NCBI GenBank assembly: GCA_965248435.1
Contig: OZ252100.1
Coordinates: 896,001 to 960,000, forward strand
Source: Candidatus Latescibacterota bacterium
GTDB lineage: Bacteria; Latescibacterota; UBA2968; GCA-2709665
Length of the DNA: 64,000 nt
Direction of reading: 5' to 3'
Each line of letters opens with the position of its first letter. Within the stretch, counting starts at the first letter, position 1. Both the position numbers and the translations under genes were made by a program. This document shows, piece by piece, positions 52,152 through 62,034 of this stretch. The notes under the pieces are model-generated. The model was not told the DNA's origin. It saw only the letters and a program-made list of their open reading frames with translations, and searched no databases.

Positions 52152-53153
52152 TCATCTGGCGGTCCCACCAATCCTTAGAAGCAGCCTGTCCTCTGTCTGG
52201 TACGCCTCCTCATCTACCGTGATTTTCCAGATCTCGTTCGGTTCCGGCGGGTTCTCCACCTGCCAGAGGACGGTTTCCCTGAGTGCTTCTTTTACGGCCA
52301 CAACGTCACGGAGGCCCAGATCCCTTGAAGCGCGGGAAAGATCATACTGGCCCAGGGGTCCACTGTATATATCTCCCTCCCAAACATCGTCTGGTATCTC
52401 AACCACTTCCCATTCGTGACCCAAGATCTTAGATATCTCCTCGGCTATCTCGGGAAGCGTTTGGCATTCCATATCAGAGAGATTATAGGCCTTACCCACG
52501 GCCGCATCTGTTTCTAGAGCTGATACGACACTCGCTGCCAGATTCTTGTTGTAGCCCCGAGCAGCTGGTATTCGAAACGCCTTCCCTGGGAGGGCCAATC
52601 TGTCTCGGCCGTCCAAGACTCGCCTGATGATAGGCCACTCGCGGTATCCACCGGATCGGCCGGGACCATAGATGACCGGATAGCGGATCACGGTCGCAGG
52701 AAAGTCCCCTTCTTGACACGCTGCCAGCACCGCCCTCTCCATTAAAACCTTGTCGTAGTTCCGTGGCTCTTCCTCATAAGTCGGAGGATCTCTTAACGGC
52801 GCATCCTCCGAAATCGGTTCTTCTCCGAAGTCCGGGGCGTCTGCATACACATCGCCAGAACTGATGTGTACAGACGCCCTGATTCGGCCTCTGAAAGCCT
52901 CGATCACAGGCTTAGAGTCCGCATCGATCATGCTGAGCATGTCGATCACAGCATTTGCCTTGATCTTCTTCAGCGCCTCCCCGAACGCATCGCGATCTTT
53001 CCGATCACCATGAATGTGCTCACAATCCGGCATAAACGGGCTCTCGTGCTCCCCACGATGGTAGACCACTACCTCGTGGCCACGGTTCTGTAGTTCACGC
53101 GCAATAAAAGGACCACTGAGCCCGGTTCCACCAAGCAGAAGCACTCGCATCAA
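52152..53153 (-). CDS. NAD-dependent epimerase/dehydratase family protein
   Basis: GGTGLSG, HGDR, ISSGDVY, YPVIYGP. Confidence 0.88.
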   Translation of the reverse strand: MMRVLLLGGTGLSGPFIARELQNRGHEVVVYHRGEHESPFMPDCEHIHGDRKDRDAFGEALKKIKANAVIDMLSMIDADSKPVIEAFRGRIRASVHISSGDVYADAPDFGEEPISEDAPLRDPPTYEEEPRNYDKVLMERAVLAACQEGDFPATVIRYPVIYGPGRSGGYREWPIIRRVLDGRDRLALPGKAFRIPAARGYNKNLAASVVSALETDAAVGKAYNLSDMECQTLPEIAEEISKILGHEWEVVEIPDDVWEGDIYSGPLGQYDLSRASRDLGLRDVVAVKEALRETVLWQVENPPEPNEIWKITVDEEAYQTEDRLLLRIGGTAR

Positions 53154-53914
53154 TCACCCACACGAATTTGACGATCGTCGCCTACAGGATGCCGCATCCA
53201 AACATTTGGATCGGCATAGTATCCCTGATCCCGCTCGCGATCTATTTCTACTGGCTGCAACGCCCCTGACACAATGTAAGAACCACTTTCTGGAAACTGC
53301 AACCCGGTCCACGTCTCCCACTCGGCTATTGCGCCGATAACCACTACTCCTTTGGGAATCACCTTCAGCCTTTTAGCCCCCAGACGCCAGTGAACCCGAA
53401 CCCAGGGATCAAACGGCGAACCATCTTCCCGAGTCCAGCTTAGATATGTCTCGAAGGGTGTAAGCTGATAGGAGGGCTTCAAGGTAGGTCGCACAGGGGC
53501 GATGAGCGCGCTCAATCCGCGTTCGGCCGCCATGTCTGCCATCGCCTGCACCATCGTTCTGCTGTGCCCTTTTCGTCGGTGAGCGGGTGCTACCATCACT
53601 GCCAAGGCCGAGAGCGCTGTTGCGGTCTGATGGCGTTCCACCACCTCTTTCGCGCGGACAAAAATCGTGTGGAGGTCAGGGGGCAAATCTGCGAGCGACT
53701 CATCCCATACGAGGGGCAATGTGTGGCCGACCGCAATCACATCCTGCGAAGCGTCGCATAGAACCAGCTGAAACTCAGCAAATTGCTCGAAGAGGAGGTG
53801 CCAAAAGAGGATATTGGTGTGACGAAGGAATTCCGGCCACGCAGCAACGCTTAAGCGGTGGATCTGGTCCTCAAGGTCTGGCTTCTTTTCGAGAGTGATA
53901 AGTCTGTACGACAC
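53150..53914 (-). CDS. GNAT-like acetyltransferase
   Basis: VAPAHRRKGHS, APVRPTLK, FDPWVRVHWRLG. Confidence 0.8.
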   Translation of the reverse strand: MSYRLITLEKKPDLEDQIHRLSVAAWPEFLRHTNILFWHLLFEQFAEFQLVLCDASQDVIAVGHTLPLVWDESLADLPPDLHTIFVRAKEVVERHQTATALSALAVMVAPAHRRKGHSRTMVQAMADMAAERGLSALIAPVRPTLKPSYQLTPFETYLSWTREDGSPFDPWVRVHWRLGAKRLKVIPKGVVVIGAIAEWETWTGLQFPESGSYIVSGALQPVEIDRERDQGYYADPNVWMRHPVGDDRQIRVGD

Positions 53915-53951
53915 AGGTTGATCCTATTTGCGCTTTGCATTCAGAATCAGC

Positions 53952-54735
53952 TCACATTGCTGAGGCTGCGACGGTTAGCCACACGGGTAAACCGGCACGA
54001 GGATTCGCTTTCCAGTCTACCGAGGTTTCATCTGCTCCAAAGTCATATTGGCTTCCCTGCCAGAACCGGGAATCTGCACGACTTTCAACTATCCTCGTTA
54101 TCGTTAAGCCTGCTTCCCAGAGCGGATTCAGCAAGTCTGACAGAGTCCAATGAAATTCGTAGGATTCCTCTTCAGACACTCGAAATGGTCCGGTCTCCCA
54201 GTAAGACTTCTCCATTTCAATAGGCGATACTTGATCTTTCCACGGGCGCATGAATGGATGGATGTCGTAGAAGACATAGGACCCTCCCGGCTTCAGTATT
54301 CTCGATACTTCGCGGAATACTCCGGCAACATCAGCGATCCACACGAAAAAGCCATTCGTGGAGCAAACAAGATCAAAGGTCGAGTCGCCTGCGAACTCTA
54401 GAGATGCAGCATCGGCACGAACAAAATCGATCGACAAGCCGAGCTTCTCCGCCCTACGCGCAGACAGTTTCAATCGCTCCTCGGAGATGTCTGTCGAAGT
54501 CACCTCTGCCCCCAGCCCTGCGAAAGCGTACGCCGCAAGGTTATCCCCACTGCCAATGATGCACACCTGCTTGATCTCCAGCCATCTCTCGAATTGTCTC
54601 TAGAGCCCCGCCCTCAAATGCCAATTCCGGTTCCTTGTGACACCTTCGCCACCGATCGCTGCGATTTAGTCGGTCTTCCCATGTTGTTGCCTGCTCGTCC
54701 CAGATTCGACGGTTGGCTTCGTGCATTTTGTTCAT
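53952..54735 (-). pseudogene. Class I SAM methyltransferase with frameshift near 54570
   Basis: MNKMHEANRRIWD.. frame joins VCIIGSGDN..DIS..ILKPGG frame. Confidence 0.75.
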
Positions 54736-54761
54736 ATCTGATCGGTTGTGCTGAACTGTTC

Positions 54762-55613
54762 TTAACGGAGAGATGCTATCAGCTGACTCGCTCTTTTGTG
54801 TACACCGTCGGGAGCACCATAAAACACCGATACTGTCTTGCCCTCGCGGTCAAACACAAAAATTGTCGGAACCACAACAAAGTCTCCAAAGGCGGCCAAG
54901 ACCTCTTCTGTGCCAATCGCGATGGGAACTGAATTGTCCAAGGAAGCTGCAAATTCTCTGACGTCCTTTTCTTCAGAATCCACTGCCAAGGCCAGAACCC
55001 CTACATCATCACCATACTCACGCGCAAGGTTACCAAGCCACTTCATTGATCTACGGCATGGCGGACACCATGTCGCCCAGAGTTCGACCACCGCAATCTT
55101 TCCCGACAGATCGCCCGATCTGATAGACTCACCTTTCAGATTGTGGATGACGAATTTCGGCATCTCGTCGATCTCGCTATCTTCTTCCACGCTTTCAGGC
55201 TGCCCAAGAACATCCTCACCGCGGAGCGTAAGATCGATCATTTGCTTGAGGTCCCTTCGATACAGATCATAGCTCCCCGGGATCTTCCAGGAATACTTTC
55301 CCTCTTTCTTCCAGCTGAAATCCTTACGCCGTGCGAGAAGGGCCTCATTCACAAAGACAGCCGGGTACTTCATCACACCGTAGCGTGTAGCAAGTTCAGA
55401 TTCTCCAAAATTCTCGCTGGAAAACACGACCTGCCCACCATATTCACGCACCACTTCCTTAGTCAGCAAACTTGCTGGATCGGAAACGCCTCACGTATCG
55501 GGCCAGCGCACCAGAGTTACAGTAATTGGAGACATTCCCTGGCCTGCGGAGCTCAATGATTGTGGTATGAATCCGCAAGCCACTAACAGAAAGATCCCGC
55601 TCAGCCGTTTCAT
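54762..55613 (-). CDS. Predicted selenoprotein: exported Sec-thioredoxin-like domain + TlpA domain
   Basis: AGAGGAGG then ATG 55613; signal/lipobox LVAC; in-frame TGA at 55493-55491 (VRWPDT-U-GVS); downstream hairpin; KYPAVFVN; WATWCPPC. Confidence 0.8.
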
Positions 55614-55661
55614 CTTTCAACCTCCTCTACAAAGGTGAAATAGCGGGGCAAAATATCTTCA

Positions 55662-56716
55662 GCTGGATTCAATGACTAAGTGCAACACTTGGACTTGAAG
55701 ACTTCAGCTGGTGTTTTGAAGTTAAGACATTTTCTTGGTCGGTTGTTGATCCGGTTCTGAATTTTCTTTAACTCGTGTTTGCTGACCTTTGAGAAGTCTG
55801 TCTTCTTGGGGAGGTATCTGCGGACCAGACCGATAGCGTTTTCCACAGCGCCTCGCTCCCAGCTGTGGAACGGTTTGCAGAAATAGGATTTGGTGCCAAG
55901 CACCTCGTTGACCCGTTGATGTTGGCCGTTTTCGGATCCGTTGTCATATGTGATGCTCTTCCTCATGTGGGGAGGATGTCGCCCAAGGCGTCGATTAATC
56001 GCTTCGGCGACCTCCGAGGGTCCGTTCTTTGCCAGCTTAGCCAGGTGTAGGTATCTCGACGATCGCTCAAGACAAGCGCCAACGGCCTGTTTGCTCTCAC
56101 GAGAGATGATGGTGTCGGATTCCCAGTGGCCAGGTTGTTTCCGTTTTTCGATGTAACGGGGACGTCGATCGATCGAAATACGGCCTGGAATGTGGCTTTC
56201 CCGGTGTTTTCGGGTATGCCACCGCGGCTTTCGTTTTTTGTGAGCTCGGGATAAGCAAGCAACCAGATCCCGCTGCTTGTGCACCTTTGGATCGTAGATA
56301 TACTGGTAGATGGCTTCGTGGCTGATACCCGCGCTCGGACGCTCCTCGGGAAGCCTCCCAGCGATCAACTCGGGAGACCATCCTTGCTTGAGTTTGGTCT
56401 CGACATATCGCCGGATAACCGGATTCTTCAGCCGTTTCCGCTTGCCGGCCTCCCGCTTACGTTTCTCAGCCCTTCTGTGAGCCTGGAGGCCCGAGTAACT
56501 CTCAGCTATCGGGGACGGATTACGTTTCAACTCTCTTGAAATCGTGCTGGCGCTCCGGTCAAGGGCCTTGGCAATATCTCTAAGGCTTGCACCAGTGGCT
56601 CGACAAAGCGCAATCTGCTCGCGTTCGTCTATCGTAAGATGCTTGTAATTGTTTCCCATACACTTAGGATAGGACAGTTGCTACCCTAAGTGTTGCACTT
56701 CCTTATTGAACTCGGG
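55662..56716 (-). mobile_element. Complete IS30-family element (transposase 55676..56659)
   Basis: STISRELKRN, WSPE, GHWESDT, TYDNGSE, WERGAVEN; imperfect IRs with TTCAAT-N4-AAGTGCAACAC; TCA target duplication. Confidence 0.93.
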
Positions 56717-57741
56717 TCAATGATTACCGCCGCCAGTTTGAGGTCCTTATCGTTCTGATCGCCGAGGCCTGACCTGTCGAGCGCTGCCTTCCCTATTTGA
56801 AGATACAGCTGACCGATACTCTGATCGATCTCGCTTGAAGATAAACGCGCCTTGGCCAACTCATACGCTTCAAGCAGGGGGGCAACTGCAGAAGTGTCAG
56901 GTGATGCGCGAACCAACTCCCCGAATCGGAGGTGTGCTTCTAAATACTTGTAGAATGCGCCGTAAAGCAGTCCTTTCTGATCTAACTCGCGTGCAGTCTT
57001 CAACGTAGAATTTACCACATTGTAGGGCACGTGTCCTTCCGGGTCTTTATCCTCAAGCTCTCGATTTCGATCGATTAGCGCGCCCTCCAGTATGGCCAGC
57101 TCAGGTTCCATAGACCGAAGCGTAAGCGAAGCAGATCCGTCGTCGAACTCAAGACCCTGACAATAGATAGCAAAGTCGAGGTCCGGCTCGGACATGCCTA
57201 TGTAGTAAAGGCCTGGGGAAATTCTGAATCTCATACCATAAAATCCCCCACCTGTATAGTGCCTGTCGCTCAAGAAACGGGAGACCTGTGCCAACGCCTT
57301 TACGGCCGAAGGGAGACTCACCTCTGAAACATCCACGAGCAGCTTCTGCTTCGCCTTCAACCTTTCGCCAAGCTTCTCCCACTCGCGTTGAAAGGCGGCA
57401 ACTCCTTGATTCTCCGAATCCCGTTCAGGATCATAGATCGTCTTTCGGTGGTCAAGATGCGTCGGAGTCATCACGTTGACCCATCCACGTCTCAGCTCTT
57501 GCAAGCTCAAATAGAGATGGCCAGACGCTAACGCCGTTTCCACATCGGTCAATCGCGCCAAACCCTTCTCCTTCGTCTTGCGCCACCAATTCTCACCTGA
57601 TTTGTCAAGATCCGTCTGCTGCCTGAGCTGGTCTATCTGGACAGCGATCTGATCCCCCACGCGCGGCTTCTGACAGGAGCCCGCTAGGACCAGGAGCAGG
57701 GAACATCCAATAGCACGCAATCTCAATTGATATCGTCTCAT
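56686..57741 (-). CDS. Hypothetical lipoprotein; last ~16 codons cut off by IS30
   Basis: Lipobox LAGSC; removing the IS restores ..AVIIEDILPRYFTFVEEVER*. Confidence 0.75.
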   Translation of the reverse strand: MRRYQLRLRAIGCSLLLVLAGSCQKPRVGDQIAVQIDQLRQQTDLDKSGENWWRKTKEKGLARLTDVETALASGHLYLSLQELRRGWVNVMTPTHLDHRKTIYDPERDSENQGVAAFQREWEKLGERLKAKQKLLVDVSEVSLPSAVKALAQVSRFLSDRHYTGGGFYGMRFRISPGLYYIGMSEPDLDFAIYCQGLEFDDGSASLTLRSMEPELAILEGALIDRNRELEDKDPEGHVPYNVVNSTLKTARELDQKGLLYGAFYKYLEAHLRFGELVRASPDTSAVAPLLEAYELAKARLSSSEIDQSIGQLYLQIGKAALDRSGLGDQNDKDLKLAAVIIDPSSIRKCNT

Positions 57742-57742
57742 C

Positions 57743-58483
57743 TCACTCCTGGCTCCGAAGTTTCTCGATCTGTTTCGCGACGAATTTCGCTCGAGGCATG
57801 ATCTCTAGGGCCTTTTCAAAGCTTTGAAGTGCACTCTCCCGATCTCCCCCCCTCTCGAGGAGGAATCCAAGGTTCAGATGGGTCCCGAAAGATTCAGGAA
57901 AGTGCTCCAGATTCACCTTTAAGAGCGCTTCCGCCAATCCGGCCTCACCCAATTCCTCAAAGTGATGAGAGATAGGCCAGAGAGCCTTCTCGCCGAAGTC
58001 GTAACCGGCGCGTCCGTAGTATTTTTTTCGAAGCTGCCGGTACCTTGTCAACGTAGAGTCTTCTCCTCCTGCTGCCATCGTTTCTTCCAAAACCTGCATC
58101 AGGGTCTGGGGTCGCGTGTGTCCGCGGTGACAGGTCTCGCAGGTGACATCGAGCAAATCGGTGCGCCCTGTCTTCGTTAACAGTTCAGTGTTGATCGCCA
58201 GGGTCATTCGCATCATCGCCCGAGCGACCTTCTTGGTCTCCTTCTCGTCCAAAGCATAAGCCATCTTTCTTGGGTTGCTGGGGTCTTTGACGTGGCAGTG
58301 TGAGCAGTTCACGCCGAGCCCCTGAGTGAATGCATTCATCACCTTATGGATTATCTTGAGGTCTGTACCGGCTGGAATAACTTCAAGGTTGGTTGCCACG
58401 TAGTCTTCTGATGCGTTGACAGGCACCCACACTAAGGCAACGAGAACTCCGATGTTAACAAAACGAGCCAAGTTGCTCATCAT
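57743..58483 (-). CDS. Di-heme c-type cytochrome (reaction-centre cytochrome c-like) + TPR
   Basis: Signal peptide; LGVNCSHCH; ARAMMRM; TCETCHRG; C-terminal TPR. Confidence 0.85.
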   Translation of the reverse strand: MMSNLARFVNIGVLVALVWVPVNASEDYVATNLEVIPAGTDLKIIHKVMNAFTQGLGVNCSHCHVKDPSNPRKMAYALDEKETKKVARAMMRMTLAINTELLTKTGRTDLLDVTCETCHRGHTRPQTLMQVLEETMAAGGEDSTLTRYRQLRKKYYGRAGYDFGEKALWPISHHFEELGEAGLAEALLKVNLEHFPESFGTHLNLGFLLERGGDRESALQSFEKALEIMPRAKFVAKQIEKLRSQE

Positions 58484-58513
58484 ATTCCTCCTTACCAGTA
58501 ATATGCCTCGTCT

Positions 58514-59056
58514 TTACTTGACGAGTGAGCTAAACAACCGAAGCTCGTTCCTTTGGGCCTCTGACAACCGCAATTCTTTGTTCGCCTGGTCAGGGTATAT
58601 CTCTGCTTGATCCCACTGTTCATTAATAATGCTGGTGGCAATCCCGATCTTGACTCCTCTATTTCGAAGCTCTGCCACGAGTTCTTGTGCATTTAAAAGA
58701 AACACCCAATCAATGTGCCAGGGTCGAGCTTCTCCGCGCGAAGTCATCGATTCTGCCTTCGGACCCGTGAATACCAGATAGTAGTCGGGCAAGGCATCTT
58801 CTCGTATATCGAGCAGACCTTCTCGCTTTGCGTAAAACTTGATATTTACTGTCTTTCCATTGAGGGAACCTTCTTCGAACACACCATCGATGCCCTTGAC
58901 TGTGGCAGACTCCTCAAGTCGAATGTTAAAGACTTTCGAAGCTACATACTCTCCGACATGACCGATCTGAGCAGGCCTACCGATGATTCGGGTGGTTTCT
59001 CGAGCGACCTGATTGCGCTGCCTAATGAGATCTGCAAGCTCCTCGATATCGCTCAC
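58514..59056 (-). CDS. Hypothetical protein, possible PD-(D/E)XK fold
   Basis: GHVGEYVA..GIDG..VNIK pattern. Confidence 0.6.
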   Translation of the reverse strand: MSDIEELADLIRQRNQVARETTRIIGRPAQIGHVGEYVASKVFNIRLEESATVKGIDGVFEEGSLNGKTVNIKFYAKREGLLDIREDALPDYYLVFTGPKAESMTSRGEARPWHIDWVFLLNAQELVAELRNRGVKIGIATSIINEQWDQAEIYPDQANKELRLSEAQRNELRLFSSLVK

Positions 59057-59318
59057 TCAACCTCTCTCCTTGAACGTTCCTCTCCTCTGTAGAGCTGATG
59101 GGGGCCTCGATTCAACTTGCTGAGGGCCAAATCTCAAATCCGCTCAGATTTCGTCATTCTGAGACCTCTACCCGTCACTAGAATCAAAAAGACCTTGAGC
59201 CAGAGGTCATAAAACGCGGAAATTTCGTCGTTCTCGACGCAATCTATATCTGAACAGGGGCACCCTGGAGATCTCACGGGAGAGAACGAGAATCTGTCGC
59301 TAAGCATTGATGGCCTGA

Positions 59319-59942
59319 TTAAGGAACGAACCCAAACGTGTTCTCGACCACTCCTGGAGTCAAGCTGTAGATAGAACAACCAATGGCTTCTTCAAAATCC
59401 TTCTGGATTTGAAAAATCGCCTTCCATTTCGTGATCATTTGATCAGACCCCCAATTACCATCAGACCGAATCGCTCCATCCACCATTCTTTTCTCAAGCA
59501 GACAGAAGCCCGTTGGCAATGCAAGATCGTCACATAGTTGTAGCAACCTGTCATAGTCGTTATACTCAATCTCATCCAAGAAATCTCGCACCACCTTGCA
59601 GTCGGCCTCCGTGCAATCCCATTTCGCGAAGTCAAGCCTCACCTCCTTGCATGGAAACGAGTGAGTCAGACAGACGCGAGCGGCGTCCGCAAAGCCTTCG
59701 CCAGTCAAGAATTTGTAACCCTCCACAATGTGACGCATCCCCACCCGACCCACGCGCCGCCCTATGTCGTGCAGAATCCCCAGAATGTGAGCAGTTTCTG
59801 AATTAAGGTCTTCGTGTTTGGCTGCGATGGCTCTGGCAGCTTTGGCTACAACCATAGAGTGGTCCACCCACTTTCCGGGATTGAGCCTTTCTGCTTCTCT
59901 GAGGTAATTCTGTGCTTGATCCAGAGTTGGCACGCGAGTCAT
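59319..59942 (-). CDS. HD domain phosphohydrolase
   Basis: WVDHS, LHDIGRR, CLTHSF, LCDDLA; ATG 14 nt after the attC R' box. Confidence 0.88.
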   Translation of the reverse strand: MTRVPTLDQAQNYLREAERLNPGKWVDHSMVVAKAARAIAAKHEDLNSETAHILGILHDIGRRVGRVGMRHIVEGYKFLTGEGFADAARVCLTHSFPCKEVRLDFAKWDCTEADCKVVRDFLDEIEYNDYDRLLQLCDDLALPTGFCLLEKRMVDGAIRSDGNWGSDQMITKWKAIFQIQKDFEEAIGCSIYSLTPGVVENTFGFVP

Positions 59943-59955
59943 TAGCACTCCGATG

Positions 59956-60038
59956 AAATAACGTTCCAGGCACTTGCGCGAACCCCGGAGGGGTTGGTCG
60001 AGGCCGGACGGCCTGAGCCGCAAGTGCTATGTTATAAG
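59956..60038 (-). mobile_element. attC-like site
   Basis: Minus strand: CTTATAAC..GCACTTGCG..CGCAAGTGC..GAACGTTATTT. Confidence 0.75.
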
Positions 60039-60157
60039 CCGTGCCGGTTATCAATCATTACTCCTGCAAGTAACAGAAATATCTTCATAAAGAAAGATTT
60101 TCTTGGCATAATGGTGCTTTAGTTATAGAAGGCCTTCTGAGCTGCTAAGGATGTGAG

Positions 60158-61315
60158 ATGGAAGAGCTGAAAGCACTGGTCAAACTGGCGCAAGCTGGTG
60201 ATCTGAAGGCGTATGACAAGATTGTCGATCGCTTCCAGGACATGGCTATGGGATATGCCTACTCACTACTGGGAGACTTTCATCTGGCTGAGGATGCATC
60301 TCAAGACGCCTTTGTTGAAGCGTATCTGTACCTGGCTAAGTTACAAGATCCTTCAGCCTTTCCGGGTTGGTTTCGACGCATTGTGTTCACACGCTGTAAC
60401 CGGATAACTCGTAAGAAGCGGATTGCCATGGTGGATCTGGAAGTCGCTAGCGAGACTTTGTCAGATGAAAAGGGACCTGAGCAGCTTCTGGAAGAGCAAG
60501 TACTGAAAGACCAGGTCCTACAGATTATCCGCGCTTTGCCAGAGGCTCAACGTACTGTTGTGATGCTCTTCTACATCTCCGAACTCTCTCAAAAAGAGAT
60601 TTCTGCTTTTCTGGAGATACCCATAACTACGGTCAACAACCGGCTCAACGTCTCCAGGAAACGACTGAAAGAGGAGATACTGAATATGGCAACCGAAGAC
60701 TTACAAGCACAGAATCCCTCCAGGGATCGAATATTCGCGGAAAAGGTACAGAATCACCTGCAAGTCATTAGGAGCATTCACAATGAATATGCTTCGCGCC
60801 TAACAGATCTTTTCTCTCGTTCGCTAGGTAGAAAAGTGGATCTTACAGCATTAGCCGTGGAGCAGTCCACCTACGATGCGTTCATCCAATCACTGCCAAA
60901 GCCATGTTGCGCATACACCTTCTCGTTCAACATACCGACTCAGAAGGATGGCGGATGGGTCATCCTTGATTTGTCGAGACCCTTTGGTTGCGCGCTTGCA
61001 GGCAGAACTACCGAATCGGGGAATACACCTACGGAATTAAGCATTAATGAACGCAATAGGCTTGGCCCGATTATCACCAATTTGGTGGCCAACTTTGGCA
61101 TAATTTGGAAATTTCCACCCGGTGTCCTATCAGACGCCTATATACATGAGGACCCAGAAGAACTACCGTCGTATCCTCACGCAGATCGGGAAGAACCTAT
61201 AATCCAGGCAAAACTGATGATCGAGGCCGATGGGCTTTCGGGTATTGCCGGACTATGTTATCCAGCCAACACAATTGAAAAGGTGATTTTGCCCTATCTT
61301 GATCAAAGAGTATAG
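60158..61315 (+). CDS. ECF sigma factor fused to FliM middle domain (paralog of 50970)
   Basis: Same sigma core; IRSIHNEYASRL..VEQSTYDAFIQSLPKP..ELSINE..LCYPANTIE. Confidence 0.88.
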   Translation: MEELKALVKLAQAGDLKAYDKIVDRFQDMAMGYAYSLLGDFHLAEDASQDAFVEAYLYLAKLQDPSAFPGWFRRIVFTRCNRITRKKRIAMVDLEVASETLSDEKGPEQLLEEQVLKDQVLQIIRALPEAQRTVVMLFYISELSQKEISAFLEIPITTVNNRLNVSRKRLKEEILNMATEDLQAQNPSRDRIFAEKVQNHLQVIRSIHNEYASRLTDLFSRSLGRKVDLTALAVEQSTYDAFIQSLPKPCCAYTFSFNIPTQKDGGWVILDLSRPFGCALAGRTTESGNTPTELSINERNRLGPIITNLVANFGIIWKFPPGVLSDAYIHEDPEELPSYPHADREEPIIQAKLMIEADGLSGIAGLCYPANTIEKVILPYLDQRV

Positions 61316-61342
61316 ATTCCATAATCGTCTAAAACCGGCTGG

Positions 61343-61426
61343 CTTATAACGTGTTCCCCGAACCTGGCGAAGCCAGGTTGTAGCGAAGGCGCGTATGCGC
61401 CGAAGCCGGGTGTACTCGTGTTAAGC
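61343..61426 (-). mobile_element. attC-like site
   Basis: Minus strand: GCTTAAC..CCCGGCTTCGG..internal hairpins..GTTATAAG; immediately follows the GFA gene stop. Confidence 0.7.
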
Positions 61427-61438
61427 GCTGGTGCAGCC

Positions 61439-61921
61439 CTACTGCGGAGCTTTAGGTAGCTTTCTCAGTTCAATTCTGAGGCGCTCCAGGCTGTCCTGAG
61501 GCCATGCCTTGTTTCTGTCGTATCCTTCTTCAAACTGGGGGACATGAGCCGGCAGCTCAAGCCAGGCGTGCTTTTCTTTGGTCCAAATGTGTGCATTTAT
61601 CTCAAGAACCCTCATGTCGTCCAACGTTCGCGATCTCAATAGAGCAGTGGCCGGGTGATTAGTAGCAGTCCTGTAGATAACATCCTCGCAGGATTCGCAG
61701 AGGAACGTCGTTCGATGCGCCGCAATACGCTCCGAGACAAGTTTGCCCTGATCGAATCTAAGATCGCTTTCAAGAACGATGGTCGTAATCCCGAAGGCGG
61801 AACCGGAAGCCTTCTGACAGTCTAGGCAATGACATGCGTGCACAAAAAGAGGCGGGTTCCCAAGTCTGTATCGCACCTCTCCGCAGCTACAGCCACCGGA
61901 GAACTGGCAGTTCTTAGTCAT
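61439..61921 (-). CDS. GFA/CENP-V family protein
   Basis: GGCSCGEVRY, CHCLDCQ, FLCESC. Confidence 0.9.
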   Translation of the reverse strand: MTKNCQFSGGCSCGEVRYRLGNPPLFVHACHCLDCQKASGSAFGITTIVLESDLRFDQGKLVSERIAAHRTTFLCESCEDVIYRTATNHPATALLRSRTLDDMRVLEINAHIWTKEKHAWLELPAHVPQFEEGYDRNKAWPQDSLERLRIELRKLPKAPQ

Positions 61922-62034
61922 ACGCTCCTCCAGGTCAAGCCTGTCCCGCCATCAATCCGCTCTACGCGCGGGTTTGCCCGAATCCCCCCCTCACATCCTT
62001 CGATTAGCCGTGCGTTGTCAAGTTGAGCGATATG

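Noticed and set aside
57743-58483. Evidence of photosynthesis from the reaction-centre cytochrome-like gene
   Set aside because: Di-heme + TPR form with no puf or bch genes; such proteins occur in non-phototrophs.
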